The notes under the pieces were generated by a model. The model made no database searches. It saw nothing but the letters and a program-made list of their open reading frames with translations, and was not told the origin of the DNA. Made by a program: the position numbers and the translations under genes. Shown here one piece after another: positions 1 to 11,271 of a stretch of DNA of 64,000 bases. Every line of letters starts with the position of its first letter. Within the stretch, counting starts at the first letter, position 1. The DNA is from Promethearchaeota archaeon (GTDB lineage: Archaea; Asgardarchaeota; Lokiarchaeia; Sigyniarchaeales; SOKP01): the NCBI GenBank assembly GCA_048937405.1, contig JBHLNF010000003.1, positions 64,001 to 128,000 on the forward strand. The letters run 5' to 3'.

Positions 1-528
1 ACGTGCTAATTCTGGTTTTCCTATTACTTCTTCTTTTGACATATAATCTATAGTAATTAATAGATCCTGTTCTATAATTTTGTTTGCCTCATCGACAAAA
101 TCCCGTAGTTTTTCAGGAGAATAATCTTGCATTGAGAAATCCATTCTCGTTTTATCTAATTCAATTTGATTACCTGTAATTTTTGCATCAGCTCTTTTAT
201 AAAGAATACTGCTAATTAGATGTGAAGCTGTATGATATCGCATGAATGTATACCTTCTTTCCCAATCAATTTCACAACTAACTTCATCTCCCTCCTTTAA
301 TCCAATTTTATCTACTTCATGACTTATTTCTCCAGAGAATTTACCAACATAGACGACTTTAAATTGTTGATCATTTTTTTTAATAAGACCCTCATCCCAA
401 GGTTGACCTCCTCCCTTGGGATAAAATGCTGTTTGTTCAAGAGTTATATATTTTCCATCTTTAACACCAACAACCTTAGTATTCCAAGTCTTAAGATAAG
501 CATCATCCATATATAAAGCTCTCTTCAT
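1..528 (-). CDS. alaX: Alanyl-tRNA editing protein AlaX (AlaX-M type), runs off the left edge
   Basis: Reverse strand from ATG at 528 reads MKRALYMDDAYLKTWNTKV...ILEQTAFYPKGGGQPWDEG...RYTFMRYHTASHLI. It has the GGQ motif and HxxxH zinc motif of AlaX. Missing from the ORF track because it is edge-truncated. Confidence 0.92.
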   Translation of the reverse strand, partial: MKRALYMDDAYLKTWNTKVVGVKDGKYITLEQTAFYPKGGGQPWDEGLIKKNDQQFKVVYVGKFSGEISHEVDKIGLKEGDEVSCEIDWERRYTFMRYHTASHLISSILYKRADAKITGNQIELDKTRMDFSMQDYSPEKLRDFVDEANKIIEQDLLITIDYMSKEEVIGKPELAR

Positions 529-849
529 AAAAAAAGAAAAGTATCCAAATTTAAAATATTAACTTTTATCAGTCTTAGGATTTCTCAGAAAATTATAATT
601 TATATTTTATATTAATTCAGTAGAAAGACCATAATCTCAAAATAAATAAATCTTAAAGCTTTAAAGCAATTTTAAAAGTATCACATAAGGGAATGAGGTT
701 AAATATACATCATATATTTATTCAATCTCTATTTTTGTGATTTAAATTATAAATATATAAATATGATTAGAGCAAAATAATAATCGAAGTTTTATTCAAG
801 TATAGAATTTCAAATTTTCAATTTAAAAAAAAATTAATGTTGATTTTGT

Positions 850-2766
850 ATGGAAAAAGAAAGAAAAACAAAAATGTATTTGATAATTTGTACGGCGTTC
901 ATACTTTTCTGCGGATTAATGGCTGCTTCAATTCAAACAAATTTTAATACTATTGATGTAAGTGAGGTTGAAATTACAACACCAAATGGAGATAATATTG
1001 TAGGGAAATTATTTCGTCCAAAAGATGTAGATGCAGTAAACACGGCTCCTGGAATTCTAGGATTACATGGGTATAATAATGATAAGAATATTCAAAGAGG
1101 AACCGCTTTAGAATTAGCTAAAGCAGGATTTGTAGTATTAATAATTGATGAACTTGGTCACGGAGATTCGGATGGCCCTGGATCATTCGATTTAGCTTCA
1201 TGCCTTGCTGGCTATGATTGGTTGGAAGCTCAACCATTTGTGAATGGGACTACTGTAAATGGTGAAAAAATGATGGGTATTTATGGACACTCTATGGGAT
1301 ATATTATGGGCTATTACACCGCTATATCTAGACCTAGTCATGATGCTTGTGCATTCGAATCCTTTGCTCCACAAAGACTTGATAGTTTACTTGAAGTTGC
1401 CCCAAGTGTATTTATAAGGTTACGGCTTCAGCACAATGTTCTTCATACTTGGGCGGAATATGAAGAATGGTATGATGTAGACTTCGTCACTGGTGCAAAT
1501 TACACATCGGATATGAGTGTTAAGGAAGTATATGATCAAGGATTAAATGTGATAGATTTCAATGCCTTATTAACAGGAGATCCAACATATAGTGGGACTC
1601 CAGAAGTAGACACAACTTATGGAGATTTTTCTCTTGGAACGGCTTATCGGGAACATTATGTTAAAGGTATTACACATCCAGGATTAACTATGGACCAATC
1701 CTGTAATAAAGAGATTGTTGCATGGTTCTTACAGGCGTTAATGGGGGAAACTGAAGCTGACGCAATGAGTACTGCATCTGTAAGCGGTCAAACATATATT
1801 ATCGTGGAAGTTTTCCAGTGTTTGGCACTACTTGCCACTTTTGCTTCACTGATCTTCTTAACTAAATGGCTATTAATGACAAACTTTTTCAAAGAAGTTG
1901 TACAACCAATGCCAGAACGCACAACATTTATTTCAGAAAAGAAGTGGGCGTGGTGGGCGGCTGCTACAGTTAATAATCTCATAGCTGCAATTGCTTATAT
2001 ATTTTGTGTAAATGCTAACGAGGCTTGGAAGATTGATTCTGAGGCACCATTATTAATGGGAATGATGAATAATTTCTTAGGGTTTTATCTTTATTGTTCC
2101 TTAGTTGGTCTTATTTTCGTCGCTTTGTGGTATTTCGTAACTTGGAGACAAAATAGAGAGAGCATAGCCCCATATGATCTTGGAATTACCTATGGTAAGG
2201 AGAATAAGAAGGAAGCTTTGCAGATATTCTTAAAGACTTGTCTAATAGCTGTAATTCTTTTTACGTGGATGTATTTGTTGGTAAGCTTCTTTCAGATATT
2301 CTTCGTAATTGAATTCGGAGTTTTCTGGACGTTCATGAAGATGTTCACACTAGAACGATTATTTATGTTCTTACTCTACCTACCAATGATTTTACCATTT
2401 TTCTTAATAATAGGTGGAGTATTTGCATTTGCAGAACTTCGACAAAAAGAAGCAAGTTCCGGAATCAAAACACAACTCATTTGGTGGGCAAAACTCAGTT
2501 ACGCTATGGTATTTGGTCTTTTCATAGTATTTATAATTCAATACGCTGGATTTTGGGTTGGACAAAATCCTACACTCAAGAGTCTGGAAACAACACCAAT
2601 AATGCCCCTTCAATTATGGGCCGTAGTTCCACTTACTATGTTAATATTATTCTTTATGGTCTTTTGGTATCGTAAAACGGGGAAAATTTATCTTGGAACC
2701 ATTATGGCTACACTCATCACAACTTGGTTTTTGACGGTTTCTGGTGTAATGGGTGCGACTTTATAA
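850..2766 (+). CDS. Membrane-anchored alpha/beta-hydrolase with a C-terminal multi-pass membrane domain
   Basis: N-terminal TM helix, LHG oxyanion motif, GHSMG nucleophile elbow, then about 8 hydrophobic helices. Confidence 0.8.
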   Translation: MEKERKTKMYLIICTAFILFCGLMAASIQTNFNTIDVSEVEITTPNGDNIVGKLFRPKDVDAVNTAPGILGLHGYNNDKNIQRGTALELAKAGFVVLIIDELGHGDSDGPGSFDLASCLAGYDWLEAQPFVNGTTVNGEKMMGIYGHSMGYIMGYYTAISRPSHDACAFESFAPQRLDSLLEVAPSVFIRLRLQHNVLHTWAEYEEWYDVDFVTGANYTSDMSVKEVYDQGLNVIDFNALLTGDPTYSGTPEVDTTYGDFSLGTAYREHYVKGITHPGLTMDQSCNKEIVAWFLQALMGETEADAMSTASVSGQTYIIVEVFQCLALLATFASLIFLTKWLLMTNFFKEVVQPMPERTTFISEKKWAWWAAATVNNLIAAIAYIFCVNANEAWKIDSEAPLLMGMMNNFLGFYLYCSLVGLIFVALWYFVTWRQNRESIAPYDLGITYGKENKKEALQIFLKTCLIAVILFTWMYLLVSFFQIFFVIEFGVFWTFMKMFTLERLFMFLLYLPMILPFFLIIGGVFAFAELRQKEASSGIKTQLIWWAKLSYAMVFGLFIVFIIQYAGFWVGQNPTLKSLETTPIMPLQLWAVVPLTMLILFFMVFWYRKTGKIYLGTIMATLITTWFLTVSGVMGATL

Positions 2767-2781
2767 CTAATATTTAACTTA

Positions 2782-2792
2782 TTTTTTTTTTT
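2782..2792 (+). terminator. Probable archaeal oligo-T terminator
   Basis: T11 run 15 nt after the stop of 850..2766. Confidence 0.4.
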
Positions 2793-3294
2793 AATTCGTT
2801 CATGATCTCTAGAATAAAATGCAGTTTTATTGAGAAATACAAATTTAGAATCTGAACCATTTACAACTTTATTATTTCAATCTTTAAGATAAGATTCATC
2901 CATTTAGAGTATTGTTGCCGTGAAAAATAAAAAATTACTTTAATTTATAGCATTAATCATTTTAATGGATTTTAGAAAGTTTTACACTATCAAATAATTC
3001 TAATTTTAGAATTTAAACTTTTTTGCTATATTGAGGAAAATAATAAGAACATTATAGTATGTTTTCAAAACTAAGAACGTATTCTTTGCCAATCGCATAG
3101 AGGAGCATATTTATACATTATCAAATTGAATTTGAAGAAATTCTATTTATAAAATGTAAAAATGATTAAATTTGGAACTAATTTTTATAGGTTTTTCATA
3201 AAGAAAATAAATAAATAAAAATCAAGTATAATTAATTTATATCTACTGAATGTAATAAAAAATTATCAATGTCTAATTAGAAAAAACACTTAAA

Positions 3295-4341
3295 GTGCTT
3301 TTAATGAACACTGTGGAATTAGCGGGGAGTAGTTTTGAAGTAAAAAATGGATTCCTGGACTTAAGCCTTTTAGAGATAAAAGACATAACTGAAATACAAG
3401 GATTATCAAAATTATCTGATTTAAAGAATTTAGAATTGAGTTCCAATGATATATTACATATAAAAGGATTAGAATCGTTAACTGAATTAGAAATATTAAA
3501 TCTAGGAAATAATCAGATTATCGATATTAAGGGCTTAGAGGGACTAGAAAACCTCAAAGTGCTACATCTTATCAGTAACCAAATAAAGGAGATTAAAGGA
3601 TTAAAGAATTTAAATAATTTAGAAGAATTATATTTAAGAGGAAATCAAATAAAAAATTTAAAAGGATTTGATAATCTAAAATCTTTAAAAAGATTGGATC
3701 TTTCTTGGAATGAAATCTCCGAAATTCAAGGATTTGAAAATCTAATAAATCTGGAAGTTTTATGGATTGCTGGCAACCAATTAAGAGAAATAAAAAATCT
3801 AGAGAATTTAAGAAACTTAGAAGTATTAAATTTGGCAGGAAATAATATTAATAAAATTAATGGTTTAAAAAATCTTAGTAAATTGAAAAGCCTTTACTTA
3901 AATAATAATTCAATCAAAAAAATCGAAGGTTTTGAAGCGTTAGAGAGTCTAGAAACTCTTTGGCTTAATACAAATAAGATTTCAGAAATTGAAGGATTAG
4001 ATAAATGTAAAGATTTAAGAATTTTAAATTTAAAACAGAATAATATTAAGCATATTAAAGGTTTGTATTTACTGAAGAATTTAGAAAATCTTTTTCTCTC
4101 AGAAAATAAAATTGGGGAGATTAAAGGTCTTGAGACATTAATAAAATTAGAAACCCTCGATTTGGGTCAAAATGAGATAATTCAGATCAAAGGATTAGAA
4201 TCTTTAGTTAATTTAAAAGACTTATGGCTCGCGGATAATCTTGTCCCTCAGAAAATTCTAGATCAGCTCGGAGGGCTTGATAGTGGAGGTTATGCAAATG
4301 AACCTCTAAAATTTGTGCAATATTGCATTATAAACCTGTAG
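3295..4341 (+). CDS. Leucine-rich repeat protein (Sds22/internalin-like 22-aa repeats); ATG at 3304 may be the true start
   Basis: About 12-13 tandem LxxLxLxxNxIxxIxGLxxLxx repeats. Confidence 0.93.
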   Translation: MLLMNTVELAGSSFEVKNGFLDLSLLEIKDITEIQGLSKLSDLKNLELSSNDILHIKGLESLTELEILNLGNNQIIDIKGLEGLENLKVLHLISNQIKEIKGLKNLNNLEELYLRGNQIKNLKGFDNLKSLKRLDLSWNEISEIQGFENLINLEVLWIAGNQLREIKNLENLRNLEVLNLAGNNINKINGLKNLSKLKSLYLNNNSIKKIEGFEALESLETLWLNTNKISEIEGLDKCKDLRILNLKQNNIKHIKGLYLLKNLENLFLSENKIGEIKGLETLIKLETLDLGQNEIIQIKGLESLVNLKDLWLADNLVPQKILDQLGGLDSGGYANEPLKFVQYCIINL

Positions 4342-4457
4342 ATTGTTTTCTGATTATTTTTATGAATCCAAAAAAAAAAATAAAAATAGACTTAACGTAT
4401 TTAGTATATTACTAATAATCAATATTTCAAATTAGAATTTTAAAAAGGTAAAATCTT

Positions 4458-5708
4458 ATGGAATTGAGTGCTTTTGAAGTAGCAAAAAAACAAATTGATA
4501 TTGTATCAAAAGAAATGGGATTGGATCCTAATTTAACTAAATACCTTAAAAGAGTGGAACGTGCTTTAATAGTTACTATTCCTATTAAGTTGGATGATGG
4601 ATCTCTTGAGATGTTTGAAGGATATAGAGTTCATCATAGTACTGTTAGAGGTCCTGGGAAAGGAGGAATAAGATTTTCCCCCGAAGTAAATTTAGATGAA
4701 GTTAAAGCTTTAGCTACATGGATGACTTGGAAATGTAGTCTTTTAAATTTACCTCTTGGTGGAGCTAAAGGAGGGATATGTGTAGATCCTCGAAAACTAT
4801 CGAAAAGTGAATTAGAGCGTCTTACGAGGAGATATACCTCTGAAATAATTAATATCATTGGACCTGATATTGACATCCCTGCTCCAGATGTTAATACCAA
4901 TGCGCAGATTATGGCTTGGATTATGGATACATATTCAATGAATAAAGGAAGATCTATTCCAGGAGTTGTTACTGGTAAACCTATTGAGATTGGAGGTTCT
5001 GTGGGAAGAGAACCAGCAACAGGGATGGGTTTATTTTTTACATTGGAAGCTATATGTGAAAAAGTAAATTTGGAACTGAAATCACAAAAAATCATTATTC
5101 AAGGTTTTGGAAATGTAGGTGGTACTATTGCTGAATTACTATTCAAAGAAGGATGTAAGGTAATAGCAGTTTCAGATATATCGGGGGGTTTATTTTATAA
5201 TGAAGGGCTACAGGTTGATAAATTATTAGAATGGACTAAAGATGGTAATTATTTAAAAGATTATGAAGATGAAAGATATAAATTTATAACTAATGATGAG
5301 TTAATTACAACTGAATGCGATATTTTAATTCCAGCTGCTCTTGAAAATCAAATAACAAGAAATAATGCAAAAAATGTAAAATGTAAAATCATTATAGAGG
5401 GAGCAAACGGACCTACAACACCTGAAGCTGATAAAATATTATTTGATAAAGGAATTCACGTTGTTCCAGATATTCTTGCTAATGCGGGAGGTGTTTGTGT
5501 CTCATATTTCGAATATGTTCAAGATATTCATGCTTATTTCTGGGAATTAGAGCGAATTAACCTCGAACTGAAAAAAATAATTTTGAACGCTTTTGAGGAG
5601 GTATTTAAGATATCACAAGAAAGAAATTTACCACTTCGAACTGCAGCATATATTATAGCCGTATCGAGGATTGCAAGAGCTATTGAACTTAGAGGAATAT
5701 TTCCGTAA
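4458..5708 (+). CDS. gdhA: Glutamate dehydrogenase (Glu/Leu/Phe/Val dehydrogenase family)
   Basis: GPGKGGIRF, GGAKGG, DIPAPD, GFGNVG, EGANGP and VPDILANAGGV motifs. Confidence 0.95.
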   Translation: MELSAFEVAKKQIDIVSKEMGLDPNLTKYLKRVERALIVTIPIKLDDGSLEMFEGYRVHHSTVRGPGKGGIRFSPEVNLDEVKALATWMTWKCSLLNLPLGGAKGGICVDPRKLSKSELERLTRRYTSEIINIIGPDIDIPAPDVNTNAQIMAWIMDTYSMNKGRSIPGVVTGKPIEIGGSVGREPATGMGLFFTLEAICEKVNLELKSQKIIIQGFGNVGGTIAELLFKEGCKVIAVSDISGGLFYNEGLQVDKLLEWTKDGNYLKDYEDERYKFITNDELITTECDILIPAALENQITRNNAKNVKCKIIIEGANGPTTPEADKILFDKGIHVVPDILANAGGVCVSYFEYVQDIHAYFWELERINLELKKIILNAFEEVFKISQERNLPLRTAAYIIAVSRIARAIELRGIFP

Positions 5709-5737
5709 TTTTTCAAATCAAATACTTAATTTTTATT

Positions 5738-6019
5738 ATGAAATTAAGATATATCTTAATTATTCTTTTTTCCTTTATATTAGGAATAATAATCACGTTA
5801 TTAACCGGATTCATTTCTAATACTACGACTAATCTTCTTGGTGCTAATAAATGGGGATTTCCATTCTATTGGATGAGTCAGCCTGTTTATCCTGGAGCAG
5901 ATAGGATAATTATATGGTCGAATTTGCTTATTGATATATTGATTTGGAGTTTCTTACTTTTTATGATTATTTGTCTAGGATATTATTTACTAACAAAATT
6001 AAAGCGTAAAAAAAAGTAA
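5738..6019 (+). CDS. Small two-helix membrane protein
   Basis: Two hydrophobic segments flanking a WGFPFYW loop, with a basic C-terminal tail. Confidence 0.7.
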   Translation: MKLRYILIILFSFILGIIITLLTGFISNTTTNLLGANKWGFPFYWMSQPVYPGADRIIIWSNLLIDILIWSFLLFMIICLGYYLLTKLKRKKK

Positions 6020-6084
6020 AAAAAAAATTTTTAAAAAATAATTATTAGATTTGAGTTAAAATTTTTGATAATATGCGAATATTA

Positions 6085-6510
6085 TTATTCTGATTCACTC
6101 AATACTTCCATTACCATAGCAGTAATTTCACCATATGCAATCGCATCTTGAAGATTCCCTTCAATTTGCAAATCTCCACTCATATATGCACTAGTGCCAT
6201 CAACCTCACCTGAAGCCATGCCTGCCCAAGTAGCAGTTGATGCCTTCATGGTTGTGCTTGGATCATCAATTTGACCTTCACCATAATCTACTTGTCCCTC
6301 TCCAAATTTCAACCAATACTTATAATCAGCATCAGTAACTTCAAATTGAATAACTGTAAGGTCAGCATCTTCAATTTCTTCTTTAATATCCTCATCTTCT
6401 ACAGCTAACTGCTTTAAAGCTTCTGCAATTAAGAGAGCATCAGAAGGTTTTCTTTCAATTTCGCCTTCTCTTATTGCTTTTAATTTTTGAAGTAAATCAT
6501 CACTAACCAT
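6085..6510 (-). CDS. SCP2 sterol/lipid-binding domain protein
   Basis: IQFEVTD...W...GE...AYMSGDLQIEGNLQDAI pattern typical of SCP2. Confidence 0.88.
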   Translation of the reverse strand: MVSDDLLQKLKAIREGEIERKPSDALLIAEALKQLAVEDEDIKEEIEDADLTVIQFEVTDADYKYWLKFGEGQVDYGEGQIDDPSTTMKASTATWAGMASGEVDGTSAYMSGDLQIEGNLQDAIAYGEITAMVMEVLSESE

Positions 6511-6728
6511 TTTTTTACACTACCTTTTTTATTGAAGTAAAAAATCTATAATCAAAAGATGAATAGTTTAATTTTAACTATATTAAAAGTTTTTATTGTT
6601 ATATTATTGATTTTAAATGGTAAAATTATATTTTTTGATTCTTTTGATGGAAAATTATGTTATTTTCAGAAAAAAATCTAGTAACTGAGAATTAAAATAT
6701 AATAAAAATAAAAAGTTAAAATTAGACT

Positions 6729-7838
6729 CTATAAATTCTCTCCATTCACTTCTATACTACCAGTTGAAGTAGTCAAACTTAATATATATAAATTAATTGC
6801 TGAATCATAATCATCTGAAATAATTACTTTACTGGTAGAACTGCCAGATTCAATAAAGCCCCCAAAACCAATAGGTTCATAATCAATTGAACCAGTCGAC
6901 GTTGAAGCTGTGAATTTAGCTCCAATATTTATAGAATTATCTTTATATTCAACATTAATACTTCCTGTAGATGTTTTTATAGCCCCATTAACCTTAGCAG
7001 TTATTTCAACATATTGGATAATATTAACATCGATACTTCCTGTGGATGTAGTAAGGTCCCAATTATAATCATCAGAATATTTCATATTATAACTGTTGAA
7101 TTTTATTGAACCTGTAGAGCATTTTCCAATAAAATTTTTTCCAATTTTAGAATTTGAAAAATTAAGTTTAAGAGAACCTGTTGAAGTATGTGCATTCAAA
7201 CTTTGAGTAAAATCAGTATGTTTCGCATATAATTCTACAGAACCAGTACTTGTGGAGATATCAACATCTCCTAGAAAATTTGTTTGTTCTGCTACATTTA
7301 ATGATACTGAACCTGTAGAAGTTGACAAAATGGTATTATTCAAAATACTATTATTTGGAATATCCATTTTTATAGAGCCAGTACTAGTATGGGCATTTAG
7401 ATCATATATTATATCAGTTCTCAGGATTAAATTAATATTGACTCTTTGAGAAATGCTGAAAGTTAACCAAGTTGAAGCTTTTGCATCCAATATAAAGGAA
7501 ATTATTTGTGAGCTTTCATTTTGCCAAATTATAGGATAAAAGAAATCTTGAAATGATTTTCCCTCAACTAACATTCCTTTTATTCGAATATCTAAATCAA
7601 TTTGAGCATAATAATCGGTTGGTGTTTCATTATAGTTGATTCTTATTGAACCAATATCACAATTTATATTAATTTGTTCGATCAGAGAAGGAGTATTAGG
7701 TTTATAATAAAAAGTGTTTTCATAAGGTACTGATCCCCATGTACTCAATATTAAAACTCCGAATGCGGTTCCTCCAGAGACTATACAAACAGATACAATA
7801 ACCAAAAGAATTCTATTACTTTTTTTCAAATAGATCAC
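6729..7838 (-). CDS. Membrane-anchored beta-strand repeat protein (DUF4097/adhesin-like)
   Basis: N-terminal TM segment and about 8 recurring (T/S)STGS(I/V) repeats. Confidence 0.75.
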   Translation of the reverse strand: MIYLKKSNRILLVIVSVCIVSGGTAFGVLILSTWGSVPYENTFYYKPNTPSLIEQININCDIGSIRINYNETPTDYYAQIDLDIRIKGMLVEGKSFQDFFYPIIWQNESSQIISFILDAKASTWLTFSISQRVNINLILRTDIIYDLNAHTSTGSIKMDIPNNSILNNTILSTSTGSVSLNVAEQTNFLGDVDISTSTGSVELYAKHTDFTQSLNAHTSTGSLKLNFSNSKIGKNFIGKCSTGSIKFNSYNMKYSDDYNWDLTTSTGSIDVNIIQYVEITAKVNGAIKTSTGSINVEYKDNSINIGAKFTASTSTGSIDYEPIGFGGFIESGSSTSKVIISDDYDSAINLYILSLTTSTGSIEVNGENL

Positions 7839-8038
7839 ATTCTTTAAAATGTTTTAAATTTAAGTTAACACAAATTAAACAGATATTTAAATGAACTTTA
7901 GACTGATTTTTGATTTATAATTAAGAAGTTGAATTGTGTGTCATTAAAGTTGTTCCAATGATCTATTACATAATAATTATAGATCAATCATTAAAAAAAA
8001 TAAATAAGTCTTTTAAAAAAATTCAGAATTTAAGGTAC

Positions 8039-9130
8039 TTAATTGCTTTGTCCATCTATATTTATATTCCCTGTAGTAGTTGTCAGATCAAATAGAAATG
8101 TATAATTTGCACTACTCCAATCAAGTGAACTGAATTGTGTTAATCCAACATTTTCAAATCCACCTGAATTGGTTGGATTGAATTGTCCTGTAGTTGTTGT
8201 GCCTAAAAATGTAGCTCCTATAATAGATGAAGTATCTATATAATCAATATTAATATTTCCTGTTGAAACAACCCCTTCACAGTCGACATTTCCACCCATC
8301 TCTACATTTTGGATTATATCACAATTAATACTTCCTGTTGTAGTTTCAAGATCCCAGTCTACATTCGCTAAACACCTAAAATTATAAGAATTAAATACTA
8401 ATGTTCCTGTGGTTATTTCTGCATCAATATCACCATTTATTAAACAACTAGAAAAGTTCAGTCTAAGATTCCCTGTAGTAGCAGTAGCTATTATACCACT
8501 AGTAAAATTTGACTTTTTTGCATATACAGATATTTCTCCGGTGGTTGCTTCTATTCTAAAACTCCTAACTGATGCTTGATCTAAATTAATCAACGAATTG
8601 CCTGTAGTAGTCTCAAGATATAATCCATCAATAGTTACCTCATTTGGAATATCATTAACCATCTTACCTGTAGTAGCATACTCTTCTATTGAATAGATAA
8701 GATCCGTTCGAAGAGTCACATTAATTTCAATTTGCTTTATGGAGAACCAATTTGTTGGGTCTAAAGAAACTCCAGGTTTAGTTCTTAAAACAAAAGTTGT
8801 TTTATCACTCGCAACGTACGTTATATTATCCCATTCAATTACGAAAAAGTCTGTTATTGACTTTCCAATCATATACGTACCACTCATTCTTATGTTATAA
8901 TCTACTTTAACTACATTTTCAGTTTCACTTGTGTTATATCTTACATTGATCTTTCCAATATCAGTTCGTATTAGGATTGGTTCTGGAGATCGAATTAAAC
9001 CTGGAGTATAAAATTGGGAACCTGAAGAAAAAATCGTACCATAGGTTAAAAATCCAATCAGGAAAAATAATCCTGTACCTGTTGCCACTAAAACTGCTAT
9101 TATTATTCCTATAATTTTACCTCTTCTCAT
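8039..9130 (-). CDS. Membrane-anchored beta-strand repeat protein (DUF4097-like), tandem paralogue of 6729..7838
   Basis: N-terminal TM segment, recurring TTTG(N/S)I repeats, and DIG-I-Y-N and LRTD motifs shared with the neighbour. Confidence 0.75.
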   Translation of the reverse strand: MRRGKIIGIIIAVLVATGTGLFFLIGFLTYGTIFSSGSQFYTPGLIRSPEPILIRTDIGKINVRYNTSETENVVKVDYNIRMSGTYMIGKSITDFFVIEWDNITYVASDKTTFVLRTKPGVSLDPTNWFSIKQIEINVTLRTDLIYSIEEYATTGKMVNDIPNEVTIDGLYLETTTGNSLINLDQASVRSFRIEATTGEISVYAKKSNFTSGIIATATTGNLRLNFSSCLINGDIDAEITTGTLVFNSYNFRCLANVDWDLETTTGSINCDIIQNVEMGGNVDCEGVVSTGNINIDYIDTSSIIGATFLGTTTTGQFNPTNSGGFENVGLTQFSSLDWSSANYTFLFDLTTTTGNINIDGQSN

Positions 9131-9237
9131 TTAATCAAATCACACTTTTTTAAGAATATTTTAATTGAATTAATAATACTCACATTCAAATAAAAATTAC
9201 TACAATTCCAACTAAAAAAAATATTTGAGTACCAATT

Positions 9238-10173
9238 TTAGGATTCAATTTTTAAATTAAAAAAATTAATAGCATTTTCTACTGTTTTTTCACTCACTGA
9301 CTGTTGGGAAACATCATGAGAATAAGCAATAGCTGCAATAGAATATCTCACATTTGATGGAACATTTATAGGACCTCTTTCAAATGGATGTTGATAATAG
9401 GAATCTGTTTCTGTAAGTAATGATTCTAATGGAGAAAATTTCGAAACTTTTCGCCATCTGTCAAATCCATAAGCAGAACTTGGAACTGATAACATGAAAT
9501 CTTGATTTGGTAGAGTTCTTCCATATTCTACAGGTCCTGAAAAACAGTGCCACATAACCTTTTTAGGGTCAATTTTAAATTCCTCCAAAATACAAAGAAT
9601 TTCCTTATTAGCGCCATCTCTTTTATTAAACCTATGTTTTGGATTTTGTCTATCGAATTCATTTTCAGCAGCATTCCTGACGTGTAGAACATATGGTTTA
9701 TTAAGTTCCTTTGTTAATTCGAAAATTTTTCTTAATTCATCAACTTGATTATTTCTTTTTTCTAAAGTTTTTGCGTGGTGAAAATCTAATCCAATTTCAC
9801 CAATCCCTAGATATTTTTCAGTTTGATTCCGAATAAAATCAATCCATTTTTTCCATTCTAAATCATAGATATTTTTTGGAGTGTATGTTACTGTTTGAGG
9901 TGCCCAACCGCATGTAAATCCAAAATTCTTATCATACTTCTTCATGAAGTTTAATGTTAAATCCAAAGTCTGTATATCTATTGTGCTCGTAATTAAAAAT
10001 TGACCACCCATTTTAAAGAAACTTAAAATTTGATCCTCGTTTGAGGGTAGTTTATCATTTTTAGGACGATGAAAAGGCAAATGACAATGAACATCAATAA
10101 ACTTTAGATTACTTTCAGGCTCTGGAATCTTTACATTTTTTGACATTCTAATTTTTAATAAGAATTCTCTCAT
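9238..10173 (-). CDS. tatD: TatD family metal-dependent hydrolase/DNase
   Basis: DVHCH, GIGEIGLD, LHVR, WHCFSG and ETDS motifs. Confidence 0.88.
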   Translation of the reverse strand: MREFLLKIRMSKNVKIPEPESNLKFIDVHCHLPFHRPKNDKLPSNEDQILSFFKMGGQFLITSTIDIQTLDLTLNFMKKYDKNFGFTCGWAPQTVTYTPKNIYDLEWKKWIDFIRNQTEKYLGIGEIGLDFHHAKTLEKRNNQVDELRKIFELTKELNKPYVLHVRNAAENEFDRQNPKHRFNKRDGANKEILCILEEFKIDPKKVMWHCFSGPVEYGRTLPNQDFMLSVPSSAYGFDRWRKVSKFSPLESLLTETDSYYQHPFERGPINVPSNVRYSIAAIAYSHDVSQQSVSEKTVENAINFFNLKIES

Positions 10174-10248
10174 AAATTATGTTTAGTTAAATTTTTAAAT
10201 GAGTTGAAGTATTAAGATTTTATCAAATCTATTTAGAATGAATTAAAG

Positions 10249-11166
10249 ATGAACAGAAAAAACGGATAGAATTGATGGAAATTCAAAATTTCTTAATATT
10301 ATAGTAAATTTTGCAATTTCATTAATGATTTTTGTAATTATATATTTTTTAGCCATAATCCAGCACGAAAAAAACACTCCGGAACCTTTAATTCCAATAG
10401 AATACGTTAAATATTTTGTAGCAATATTGCCTGGGGAACTATGGACAGATACAATTCTATTGTATATTTTTGCGTTGATTGCATTTGGAATTTTTTATTT
10501 AATTGCTCCATATATTACTACTTTCTTACTAAAACAACATAGATTAATATAGAGATCTAAAAAAAAATTTCATTATGGGATTATAGAACTAGGAAAACAA
10601 GTTAAACCTTTTACTTTATTCATAAGATCTGTTATAGCTAGTCTTTTTGCTTTTACAGTTAGTGCTTTGATGGTTCAAGCAGGTTTAAGATCATTATTTA
10701 GAGCAGGTGAATTTATAAGTCCTGCTTTAAATGAAGCGGAAGCTATTTTTTTGGTACATTTTTTATTATTTCTTTTGTTCTTTTAATATTTTTCCCAATA
10801 TGGTTTTTAGAAGCCTCAGGAGTTGTAATATGCAAACTCTATAAGGGACAGAGAAGACCACCTGTTATTGAAGGTACTTATGCACCGTATGTAAATATAC
10901 TACAAGGTTATGCAGGAATTTCAACAATTATAATATTAATAACTTACATTTTTGCTACTATCAAAGAATCTGGTTTAGGAAATGCGATTTTAACACCTAT
11001 AATTTTAATATTTCTTCCATTTATTATAACTGGACTTTTTGCATTTCCAATGTATATTTATGAACGTACATTACCAAAACTTTTAAGTCGAATTCAAAAT
11101 AGCCTTGAGAAATTAAACTTATCTGAGATAACCATCCCAACATTTAAGGATATGAAAAAAACTTAA
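10249..11166 (+). pseudogene. Disrupted multi-pass membrane protein gene
   Basis: One continuous membrane protein (MNRKTDRIDGNSKF...PIWFLEASG...GYAGISTII...KKT*) can be rebuilt with three corrections: a 1-nt change in the A-run near 10257-10262, read-through of the in-frame TAG at 10550-10552, and a 1-nt change in the T-run near 10746-10752. Confidence 0.75.
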
Positions 11167-11271
11167 AACCTTTTTTTTTTCTTTTTATAGAATTTTCATA
11201 ATAAGTTCTATATACTTTTCCTGTATAACTTTAACTAATTCTTTAAATAATGTTGTTGATTTAAGAGTATT

